This document shows positions 36,452 to 46,631 of a DNA stretch of 46,631 nt, in pieces. Position 1 is the first letter of the stretch; every line of letters starts with the position of its first letter. This DNA comes from Chiloscyllium plagiosum (lineage: Eukaryota). A model generated the notes under the pieces. It saw only the letters and a program-made list of their open reading frames with translations, did no database searches and was not told the DNA's origin. Position numbers and translations under genes: made by a program. The stretch lies in the NCBI RefSeq assembly GCF_004010195.1, contig NC_057719.1, positions 31,948,920 through 31,995,550 on the forward strand, written 5' to 3'.

Positions 36452-36736
36452 AATGGTCTGAGTTATAGTGAGAGGTTGGACAAGCGAGGACATTTTTCTT
36501 TCGAGTGAAGGAGACTGAGGGGGGTTCTTATAAAAGTGTATAGATCATGATAGGCATGGATAGGTTGAATGCACTCAGTCGTTTTCCCAGGGTTGGGGAA
36601 TCAAGGATGAGAGAGCATCAGTTTACATTTAGAGGGGAAAGAGTAAAAGGGAACCTGAGAGGCAATGTTTTGACAAAGAATGTTGTATGCATATGGAATG
36701 AGCAGAGAATGGGGATAAAAATGGTTCTTCTCAGGA

Positions 36737-37477
36737 TTGCAACCAGTAACAAATGGTGTTCCACAAGGGTCAATGTTGGGACCACAGCTTTTCATTTTAT
36801 ACATTAATGATTTAGATGAAGGAACTGAGGGCATTCTGGCTAAGTTTGCAGTCGATACAAGGATAAGTAGAGGGACAGGTTGTATTGAGGAGACAGGGAG
36901 GCTGCAGAAGGATTTGGACAGGTTAGAAGAGTGGACAAAGAAGTGGCAGATGGAGTACAACATGGGAAAGTGTGAGGTCATGAACTTTGGAAGGAAGAAT
37001 AGAGGAATGGAATATTTTCTGAATGGGGAGAAAATTCAGAAGTCTGAAATGCAAAGAGGCTTGGGAGTTCTAGTACAGGATTCTCTCAAGGTAAACTTGC
37101 AGGTTGAGTCAGTAGTTGATAAAGCAAATGCAATGATGGCATTTATTTTGAGACGACTTGAATATAAAAGCAGGGATGTACTTCTGAGGGTCTATAAAGC
37201 TAGATCACATTTGGAGTATTGTGCGCAGTTTTGGGCCCCCTATGTCAGGAAGGATATATTGGCCTTGGTGCGTGTTCAGAGGAGGTTCACAAGAATGGCC
37301 CCAGGAATGAAAAGCTTAACATACGAGGAATGTTTGAGGACTCCAAATTTATACTCGATCGAATTTAGAAGAATGAGGGGGGATCTAGTTGAAATATACA
37401 GAATACTGAATGGCCTGGACAGAGTAGATGTTGGGAAGATGTTTCCATTGGTAGGAGAGACTAGGACTAGGCCTTAG
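36737..37477 (+). pseudogene. CR1 ORF2 remnant (RT C-terminal half), catalytically dead
   Basis: GVPQGSMLGPQLF-YINDL-KFAVDT (FADD changed to FAVD)-HLEYCAQFWAP; 5'-truncated and ended by the HE1 insertion. Confidence 0.88.
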
Positions 37478-37795
37478 AATAAGATTTGATTCCCTACAGT
37501 GTGGAAACAGGCCCTTCGGCCCAACAAGTCCACACCGATCCTCTGAAGAGAGCCCACCCAGACCCATTCCCCTACCCTATATTTACACCTGATTTGGCAA
37601 GTTAGCATGGCCAATTCACCTAACCTGCACATCTTTTGGATTGTGGGAGGAAACTGGAGCACCCGGAGAAAACCCATGAAGACACAGGGAGAGTGTGCAA
37701 TCTCCACACAGACAGTTGCCTGAGGTGGGAATCAAACCTGCGTCCCTGGCATTGTGAGGCAGCAGTACTAACCACTGAGCCACCGTGCCACCCCC
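37474..37795 (-). mobile_element. HE1-like SINE nested in CR1
   Basis: Complete reverse-complement HE1 from head to tail. Confidence 0.92.
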
Positions 37796-38253
37796 ATAAA
37801 AGCAAGGCCTTTTAGAACAGAGATAATGAGAAACCTTTTCAGCCAGAGAGTGGTGAATCTATGGGATCCATAGCCACAGAAGGCTGTAGAGGCCACATCA
37901 TTGAGTACATTTAAGTCTGATATTGAAAGTTCTTGAGTATCAAGGGGATCAAGGGTTACGGGTAGAAAGCGGGAGAATGGAGTTGAGAAACCTTTCAGCT
38001 GCGATTGAATGGCGGAGCTAACTCGATGGACTGAATAGCCTAATTTCTGCTATGTCTTATGGTCTAAATGTGGCCTGCACACTTACATTGAGAACCATGT
38101 GATGATGAGAAGCACCATAGCACCAATGCTTGAGGTGCTGGAGCAATAATTTTCTGCTGTCTGGAGCACTCTGGAGGAACTTCTCACCTTTGCTTGTAGG
38201 TGTTCCACTGTTTGTGGATCTGTAATAACCTCTACACTCTGTCTCATCACAGA

Positions 38254-38364
38254 CATATGCACATATACATACAGATGCACATGTATATACACACATACAT
38301 ACACATACACACACATATACACGTGTATATACATATATATGTACACACATACATACACACACAC
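38254..38364. repeat. Imperfect (CA)n/(TA)n microsatellite
   Basis: Alternating purine-pyrimidine run catatacatac..acacacac. Confidence 0.9.
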
Positions 38365-40399
38365 CTCATGGAAACCTCACAGTCCCTTTAGCGCTCTAAC
38401 TCCAGCCACAAACTTAAGCAAGCATGCAAAACTATATAGATCATAAACTGACTACCATGTTCAAACATAGAACAATCACACTATTGAACACTACGGCCTA
38501 GCATAAAGAACATCTGTCAAATCTCTGATGCAGTAGTAGACATTGAACTGGGTTATGTTATATGTGTTTCCTGCTTTAGGCTGGAAAGATCTTGGTGCAA
38601 ATAAATTCACTGATATAATGACCTTTCACAGCCACAACAGTCACATACCTTACAATGTCTGTAAGATTAGGGAAAAAAAATCATCTTCAAAGTTAGAGGG
38701 TGACTTCTTGTCCTTAGAATATTCATGAAGTCAGATCTTTTTGAAAGGATATTTGTCAGTGAACTAAAAAGCTGCTGATATTACATTATCACTTCTTTAT
38801 CAGTGTCTTTATCAGTGAAAATTAATTACAGTATCTTCTTGGCTGCATTGGCAAAATAAAATTCACCATGAAATAGCAATTCTAAACAGAAGATATCCAA
38901 TAACCATTCAATATTCCACACACAATTAACTGCCCTGGAGTTTTCTCTTAGAGCCTGTTGTGAGATACCTTTGCTTATTCTGGTGCTATTACATGGAGCT
39001 GTAACTGCAGGGACTGTAGCATGGCTGGTGGAAAGCTGCTGACTTGAACTGGGGGAAATTGCAGATGATCTTGTGGAACATTCTCACTTTTTCTGTGAAA
39101 GTCAAATTGACCACCAGGACATATTTTAGCTATGTAGACATTTGCTTGAGAAAACAAAGAGAGTTGAATTCATGATGTATCTGTTAAAAATGACACTTGC
39201 TGCTTATGGGAATTGAATTTTCCCATGTGATGTTGAATATTGACATTTGCGTTGATAAATTTCAACTGGGAGAATTCATCAAGATTCAATAAATTAATTG
39301 CATTTCGACTTAATATTCCCACTGTGCACCTATATTTGAAGATGTCATGCCTATTGCTAAAGGAACATTGAGATTATGGCTGAGAGGTGGGAAATGAAAG
39401 GTCATATGAATGAAGTGATAATGTAATATCAGCAGCTTTTTAGTTCACTGACAATTATCTTTTCAAAAAAATGTGACTTCATGAATATTCTAAGGATAAG
39501 AAGTCACCCTCTAACTTTGAAGATGATTTTTTCCCCTAATCTTACAGATATTGATGTTACTGACATATAAGGGTGACAGCTCCTTCACAGGATAAAACCT
39601 GATAACATGTTATTAAGCCATGGTAGCTTCCTTAACGTGCAACCTGTCAAACTGATATCACAAACATAGGACTTGAAGTGGCTCATTTTGATCTACTTTA
39701 ACAGGCACAAATGGACTGGACATTTTAAAAATTTTCTATTGTTGCTATTCATTGTGTGGGTTCCACCTCTGTCCATTTTGAGGCCAGTTCACATTTTGGA
39801 AACAAATATCCATTTTGGAAAATGGATATACTTCAAACAGCATGATAAAAGAAGTAGAGATTGTTGGGGAGGAGCAAGTGGTGTCACAGTTTTGACACCT
39901 TTTGGAAGAAGTGGATATGTTAAAATGGAATGAGCTAAGGATCGATTGTCATAAGATGGGAGGAGGAAAATAAAGAATAGTAATTAATGATAAAGTGAAG
40001 CGAGAAATTTGCAAGATGTAACAGAATCAGAGCCAGCAGAATAGATGTCAACTATAGCAACATGAGGCTAGATGGAGTCACCAAGGTCAGCTAGGATAAT
40101 GCCAACAAATATTTGAAATAAGAAAATACATTTATTGGAAAGTACTTGATGCTCTTGAGAGCTGGTCTTTTGGCAGAGTAGGTAATGTTCCTGCTGATCA
40201 ACTAGAGATTCATTGCAGGGCTTGATGTCCAAGGAAGGTCAATTCATAATATGGGCCAAACAACTTGGTTATTAACCTGTAAATTGTTTCATCATGCCTA
40301 TGGTAGGCAGTAAGAATGGGAAAGATTCCTGGTCAGCGCTATGGAGTAAACTGCTTGGGGTTACCACTGACAGGAACTGAACTGAAGCGAACTTTATAA

Positions 40400-40962
40400 A
40401 TACCATGGCTGCAGGAGCAAGTCAGAGGCTGGGAAGACCGTAGCGACTAACTCTCCTCCTGACTCCCCATTGCCTATCCACTATCAACAAGGTACAAATT
40501 TGGTGTGACTCACTACTTCACTGGATGAGTACAGCTCCAACAACACTCATGAAGCTTGACACCATCCAGGACAAAGCAGTTCCATTGATTGACACCACAT
40601 CCACAAACATCCACTCCCTTGACCACTGGCACTCAGTCGCAGCAGTGTGCACCTTTTACAAGCAGAAATTAATCAAGGATTCTTAGAGATCACCTTCTAA
40701 ATTTCATGACAATGAGCAGATGAGGAAGGTATATACATGGGAACACCAACTGCAAGTTCTCCTCCAAGCCAAACCCATCCTGATTTGGAAATATATCATC
40801 ATTCCTACACTGTCACTGAGTCAAATTCTTAGAACTCTCTCCTTTATGGAATTGTACACCAAATAGACAGCAGCAATTCAAGAAGGTAACTTATCAAACA
40901 CAACTCTGATGGGCAATAAATTCTGGCCCTGCCAATGAGTTCACATCCCATGAATGTATCAA
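40400..40962 (+). mobile_element. Degenerate 3' end of CR1/L2-group LINE
   Basis: WMSTAPTTLMKLDTIQDKAVPLI..IHSLDH..SVAAVCTFYK; tail gggcaataaa..cacatcccatgaatg. Confidence 0.78.
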
Positions 40963-41068
40963 AAATTTGAGTTTTTACCAGAGTCACTATCCAGATGACC
41001 AAGTGCAAATAAAAGTGTATTTTGATACATCAACTGTATTGGATTCCCTGACTGATCTGTAATACAGG

Positions 41069-41654
41069 AGGAGAAAGTGAGAATTGCAGCTTCTGGAGAT
41101 CAGAGTTGAGAGTGTATGGTGCTGGAAAAGCACAGCAAGTCATGCAGCATCCGAGGAGCAGGAGAATCGACCTTTCGGGCAAGAGCCCTTCATCAGGAAT
41201 GAGGCTGGGGAGAGAAGGGTGGAGTGGATAGGTGGGAATGAAGATTGGCAGGTGGGACAAGCATGGGGATGGTGCTGAGCTGGAAGGTTGAAACTGGGGT
41301 AAGATGGGAAGAGGGGGAATGAGGAAACTGGTGAAGTCCACATTGATACCCTGTGGTTGAAGGGTTCCGAGATGGAAGATGAGGTGTTCTTACTCCAGGC
41401 GTTGGGTCGTGAGGGAGTGGCAATGAAGGAGGCCCAGGGCCTGCATGTTCTCGGCAGAGTGGGAGGTGGAGTTGAAGTGTTCGGTCACGGGGCAGTGGGG
41501 TTGATTGGTGTGGGTGTCCCGGAGATGTTCTCTGAAGCACTCTGCGAGAAGGCGTCGAGTCTCCCCAATGTAGAGGAGACCTCACCAGGAGCAATGGATA
41601 CAATAATGACATGCGTGGAAGTGCAGGTGAAACTTTGATGGATGAGGAAGGCAC
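41069..41654 (-). mobile_element. 5'-truncated Penelope-like element with GIY-YIG endonuclease remnant and pseudo-LTR
   Basis: Minus strand FTCTSTHVI..CIHCS..GLLYIGETRRLLAECFREH..EHFNS..LIFHLGTLQPQGIN; hammerhead-like CTGATGA-AGGGC-TCTT-GCCC-GAAA-GGTC at 41169-41196. Confidence 0.92.
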
Positions 41655-41774
41655 TTGAAATTAAAAAGAAGGACCAGATGAAATTTCTGCAAATTTACAA
41701 CTATTTTATCCACTGAAAATCCACTGAAGAGCCATCACAATGAATTGAATAATCCATAGTTAACCGATCTAAAG

Positions 41775-41969
41775 CTGAAAATGTATTGCTGGAAAAGCGC
41801 AGCAGGTCAGGCAGCATCCAAGGAACAGGAGAATCGACGTTTTGGGCATAAGCCCTTCTTCAGGAATCGTCGATTCTCCTACTCCTTGGTTGTTGCCTGA
41901 CCTGCTGCGCTTTTCCAGCAACACATTTTCAGCTCTGATCTCCAGCATCTGCAGCCCTCACGTTCTCTC
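41775..41969. mobile_element. Fold-back PLE pseudo-LTR insertion (family A)
   Basis: Inverted arms plus a 3' tail; 15-bp TSD ttaac(c/t)gatctaaag at 41760-41774 and 41970-41984. Confidence 0.9.
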
Positions 41970-43734
41970 TTAACTGATCTAAAGTCCAATTACCATGTTA
42001 TCAACAGAGAAGGAATGGATGAACAGAGTCATTTTCAATATTCATAAATCAAACTGGCCTCCAGCAACTTGGGACCTGATGCTATTACAGCTGATTGACT
42101 TTTCTTCATTCATTAAACTTTATTAGCTGGACTCTACCTTTAATTACACATAATTAGTTATCATTACGTATCATGTCAGCCTGCAAGCTTAGTTAGTTGC
42201 CTAAAATCTGTTTGTAATTTCTTTTCTAGAATTTTATCCCTTAACACATTGAAATATATTTTCTAAATTAAGTAAATCACGTAAGCTGTAAGCTGTTACA
42301 CACGGACAAATAATAAATAACCACTGGCTGACAATATAAATGAGACAACAATGTGTATGGTGAATATTGCTTCAAAGTGACATGTGCATGTCTTAGAAAG
42401 CTCTGACACATTTTTGTTTGTTTCATTTCAGCATAATATTTACTGCCCTAGAAAAATGATTGCTTTGTGCCCATTACAGAAGAAATACATTGCATTAGTT
42501 TCACCACCAGAATCTCTATGTTTTAGTTACTGTGATGAAGCGACTCATAACGTTGAAAAGAGAGTTGAATGTCAGAATTACTTTAGAAAGTCAGATATAT
42601 TTTCATCGATTGAACTTTTTTTTATTTTACAATTTTGTTTGATTTGTTTTCATGGACAATGGCTGCTCATACTAGGAGCAGGTGGAGTGATGGCATTGTC
42701 GCAAGGCTTGAAGTTGTAATGCAGCTCAGTTAAATCACGTCATTATTACCGTAATGGTCCAGTGTTAATAGCAGTCTCATTAATATTAATTCAGCTCCCA
42801 CATATGTTCATTTTTTGGTGGCCTCTGTGTACCTACATCATTTGACAAATACCATCACTGCATACTTAACTGACAGTGAGAAAAGTTCACGCTTTCCATC
42901 TATTTGTAATCCTGAATCCCAGCCCTTTCATTATTTCTGTATTATTACCATGTGTCTTGTTTTCAGATGCTGATCTAATTGAACAGAGCCAGGTAATATT
43001 AATTGCACACAGTTGACTTGGCTTTCTCTGTAACACGGAACATTACTTCACACAGGCAAGAATTGGCAGGACATTTTGTCCTGTTTTTATTCTCTCAGTG
43101 CAGTGAATGCAGAAAAGGAATGATTCATATGGGCATCACAGTCAGTAATTCCTTCAAGTCAGTAATCCTATAATGCTATCAGCATTTTGAAACAAGATCA
43201 CTAGAATAGGAACATTATGAAGAAGTGATAATCATTTTTCTGGTAAAAATGCCTTGGGAGTGATATTCATCTCTGTCAAATGTAGAATGCTCATTGACTT
43301 TGCATTTATTTAATTGACACATTGTTATCACCTCCAATAATAAATAGTGAACCAGAACATGCTCAAAACATTCAGCAAGTCCGACTTGTGAAACTGCATT
43401 GGGCTGGGTTTAGTGTCTGCACTGTGGGTGGGTGGTGGGAAGGTTGTGGGGAGAGGGTGCAGGCTAATTCCCCACCTTGCTCCTCCCCCCACCCCTATGA
43501 ATGAGAAAGCCCACTGGATCAACTGCCAGCCTAACACTTAAGTGAAGAGCTGACAGGGTTCATGGCCAATGAGGTATCTCACCAAAGAAGTCCCAGCCAA
43601 CTGAAACTGCCAGCGAACTGTAGGCCAGCAGCTACTGGGTGCTGGAGCCCACTGCACAACCATGGAAACCTGTCCAGGCACGGATGGTACGTTTTGGTAG
43701 GGATAGCAGGCTGAAGATCATGGAAAAATGTTGA

Positions 43735-43987
43735 CTTATCTTGGGCGGCATTGGAGGCAAGGATGGAGGGGATGTCTTTCAGCAACCAGCCATTGTCAAC
43801 CCTCCCATCTATCCTCCCAAGTGTGTTGTAACTGCACTGGAACAGCTTGATGGGGGAGTGGCAAGTTCTGGAGTGCAAATCTTCAGTAGTATTGATGGAA
43901 TATTGTCAGGGTCTATAACCTTTGCAGTATTCAATACCTCCAACTATTTCTTGGTATCCATGGAATAAATTAAATTGGCTGAAGACG
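43735..43987 (-). mobile_element. Degenerate LINE ORF2 fragment (CR1/L2 group)
   Basis: Antisense LNTAKVIDPDNIPSILLKICTPELATPP-like motif (KAxGPDxIP..LK.CAPELA.PL). Confidence 0.6.
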
Positions 43988-43994
43988 GTTGAGC

Positions 43995-46385
43995 TGATTT
44001 GATTTATTACTGTCATGTGTACTTCGTTACTGTAAAACGTATTATCTTATGTACTTTACAGGCAGATTATACTATAGACGTGCATCAGGGCAACAGAACA
44101 AAATGCTAGATACAGTGTTACAGCCATCGAGAAGATGCAGAGAGAGATCAACACTAACATTATGGAGGTCCATTCAAAAGTCTGATAACAGCGGGGAAGA
44201 AGCTGTTCCTGAATCTGTTTGTATGTGTGTTCAAACTTTTATATCTTCTGCCTAATGGAAGAGTGTGGAACAGAGTATAACAGGGGAGGGAGGGGTCTTT
44301 GATTATATTGGTTGTTTTCCCGATGCAACAGGAATATACATCAAGTCAATGAATCGGTGGCTGGTTTGTATGATGAACTGTGCTGTGTTCATAACTCTCT
44401 GTAGTTTCTTGTGGTCTTGTGAAGAGCATACCACATTGCAATGCATCCAGACAGGATGCTTTCTATGGTGCATCTATAAAAATTGGTAAGAGTCATTGTG
44501 TACATGCCAAACTTCCTTGGCCTTCTGAGGAGGTGTAGGGGTCATTGTACTTTCTTGTCCGTAATGTCAACCTGAGTGGACCAGGACAGATTATTTCCTG
44601 ATGAAGAGCTTTTGCCCAAAATGTCAATTTTCTTGCTCCTCGGATGCTGCCTGACCTGCTGTGCTTTTTCAGCACCACTCTAATCTTGACCCAGGACAGA
44701 TTATTGGTGATCATCACTCCCAGGAACTTGATGCTCTTGACCATTTCTACCTTAACTCCATTGATAAAGACAAGGGCAATCCCTCCACTCTGCTTCCTGA
44801 AGGCAATTACCAGCTCCTTCATTTTGTTGATATTGAGGAAGAGAGTGTTGTCTTTACACCATGCTGTTAAGCTCTCTATCTCTTTCCTATATTCTGGCTC
44901 ATCGTTGTTTGAGATCTGACCTACAGTGTTTGTGTTGTCATAGAACATGTAAATGGAGTTGGGGCAGAATTTGGCTGTACAATTGAGTGTACAAGGAGTA
45001 CAGTATGGGGCTGAGTATGCAGCATAGTGGGGCACTGGCGTGAAGGATTATGGTAAAGGTATTGTTGTCACCTATCCTTACCGATTGTGGTCTATGGATC
45101 AGGAAGTTGAGAATCTTGTTGCAGAAGGGTGAGCCGAGACTTAGGTTTGCTTGGAATTATGGTGTTGAAGGTGTAGTCAGTAAGTAGAAGCCTGACATCG
45201 GTATCCTTGCTATCCAATTGTTCCAAGGATGAGGGCAGGGCCAGGGAGATGGTGTACTATGGACCTGTTGTGCTGATAGGTGAATTACAAAGGATCAAGG
45301 TAATCTGGTCGGCTGGAATTGATTTGAGCCATGACCAACCTCTTGAAGCACTTCAAAATTCATGGAGGTCAGAGCCATCGGACTTGGTCGTTGAGGCACA
45401 CTGCATGATTTTTCTTTGGCACTGGGATAATGGAGATTTATTGAAGTAGGTGGGGACTTCATTTCGTAGTAAGGAGAGGCTAAAGATGTCAATGAATATT
45501 CCTGCCAGCTGGTCAGCACAGAATCTGAATGCACGGCTGGGGACTCCATCAGGGCCAGTCACTGTCTGTGGGTTCACTCTCAAGAAGACTGACCTAATGT
45601 CTGTGGTAATGTCTGAGTATACAGATGCATCTGAGGCAATTGGGACAAGGGACTTCCTTTCACTGATCTTCTGTTCAAAATGAGTATAGATTCATTGAGC
45701 TCATTGGGTAGGGATGTACTGTTACCGACAATTCTGTTTGACTTTGTTTTGTAGCCTATTATATCGTGTAAACTTTGCCACAGACAGCAGGTGTCCATAT
45801 GGTTGGTTTGGATCTCAAGCTTAGTTTGCTATTTCCTCTTGGTGTCTCTGATGGCCTTACTGGATTTCCGGTATAAATCACGGTTGACTGACTTGAATGC
45901 CTTAGACCTGGACTTCAGTAGGAAGTGGATCTCCAGGTTCATCCATGGTTTCCAGTTGGGGAACGTTTGGATTAACTTCGCTGGCACGCAGGCTTCTACA
46001 CACTTACTATAAGAATAGTGGCATATTTGTTTTGGTTGGCGCTGAGTTCTTGAGTATGGCCCAGTTCACTGACTCTAAGCAGTCCTGTAGAAGTCCTTCC
46101 ATTACCTTGGACCAACACGTACTGTGTCCTCATGCTTCAATTTCTGCTTGTAAGGAGGAGGAGCACAGTGATCTGATTTTCCAAACTATGGATGGAAAAT
46201 GGAGTGGAAGGCACCTTTGATGGTTGTATAACAATGCTGAAGCATGTTTGGATCTCTGGTGGGACAGGAAACGTGTTAATGGTATTTTGGTAGCACATTC
46301 TTGAGATTGACCTGTTTGAAGTCACCAGCTACAATGAACAAAGCCTCAGGATATACCATCTCAAGTCTGTTTGCAGTGTTATATA
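43995..46385 (-). mobile_element. Decayed Rex1/Babar-clade LINE
   Basis: TGPDGVPSRAFRFCADQLAGIFIDIFSLSL; VGQISNNDEPEYRKEIESLTAWCKDNTLFLN..KELVI..IKFLGVMITNNLSW; tail aataaatcaaatca. Confidence 0.85.
44596..44690 (+). mobile_element. Short PLE pseudo-LTR insertion in Rex1
   Basis: Perfect 15-bp TSD ccaggacagattatt at 44581-44595 and 44691-44705; begins at the hammerhead core CTGATGA. Confidence 0.9.
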
Positions 46386-46387
46386 CT

Positions 46388-46631
46388 TAGAGTCATAGAA
46401 TCATAGAGATGTACAGCATGGAAACAGACCCTTCGGTCCAACCCGTCCATGCCGACCAGATATCCCAACCCAATCTAGTCCCACCTACCAGCACCCGGCC
46501 CATATCCCTCCAAACCCTTCCTATTCATATACCCATCCAAATACCTCTTAAATGTTGCAATTGTACCAGCCTCCACCACTTCCTCTGGCAGCTCATTCCA
46601 CACATGTACCACCCTCTGCGTGAAAAAGTTG
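46388..46631 (-). mobile_element. CR1/HER1-type LINE 3' end, cut by window edge
   Basis: tagagtcatagaatcatagagatgtacagcatggaaacagacccttcggtcc tail, as at 21259. Confidence 0.9.

Larger units (their letters stand above)
33765..36703 (+). mobile_element. Decayed CR1 LINE RT region, interrupted twice
   Basis: VVPLFEKG..PENYIPVSLTSVVGKLLE..SQYGF..SCLTNLLEFF, GVPQELVLSP, SKFADDT; resumes after the LTR as GLSYSERLDK. Confidence 0.9.
36704..38066 (+). mobile_element. Second CR1 LINE 3' portion, interrupted by HE1
   Basis: Contains ORF 36737-37477; the 3'UTR ends ..gactgaatagcctaatttctgctatgtcttatggtct. Confidence 0.9.

Noticed and set aside
36737..37477. Longest ORF (246 aa) as a functional or domesticated gene
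   Set aside because: Partial CR1 RT with the catalytic FADD mutated, no true start, and truncated by a SINE.
38057..38391. Cys/Val/Tyr- or His-rich ORFs
   Set aside because: Products of the CA/TA microsatellite.
38969..39180. Minus-strand exon (ttttaacag ... aag|gtatct)
   Set aside because: Stops in all three frames from that acceptor; could only be non-coding, and nothing else supports it.

Overview
Vertebrate genomic DNA, almost certainly from a shark (elasmobranch). The call rests on many HE1-type tRNA-derived SINEs, CR1/HER1-type LINE tails and MER6-like hairpins. The window reads as a large intron or intergenic region dominated by decayed and nested transposons: HE1 plus three other SINE families; CR1, RTE, Rex1 and a second CR1/L2-group LINE; two well-supported and one tentative solo LTR; a Harbinger Myb/SANT remnant; and many Penelope-like element (PLE) fragments. 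I can name no intact protein-coding gene. The best candidate is a pair of phase-compatible + strand exons at ~20.5-20.9 kb, and it is low confidence. Most ORF-track ORFs I examined lie in repeats. The most notable signal is a set of minimal hammerhead ribozyme motifs (CUGAnGA..stem II..GAAA-palindrome-UH) in at least five sequence-distinct PLE-type terminal-repeat families. Several are inserted as fold-back (palindromic) units with 14-15 bp target-site duplications and junction microhomology. Family assignments come from motif recognition by eye, not database searches, and boundaries of old repeats are approximate.
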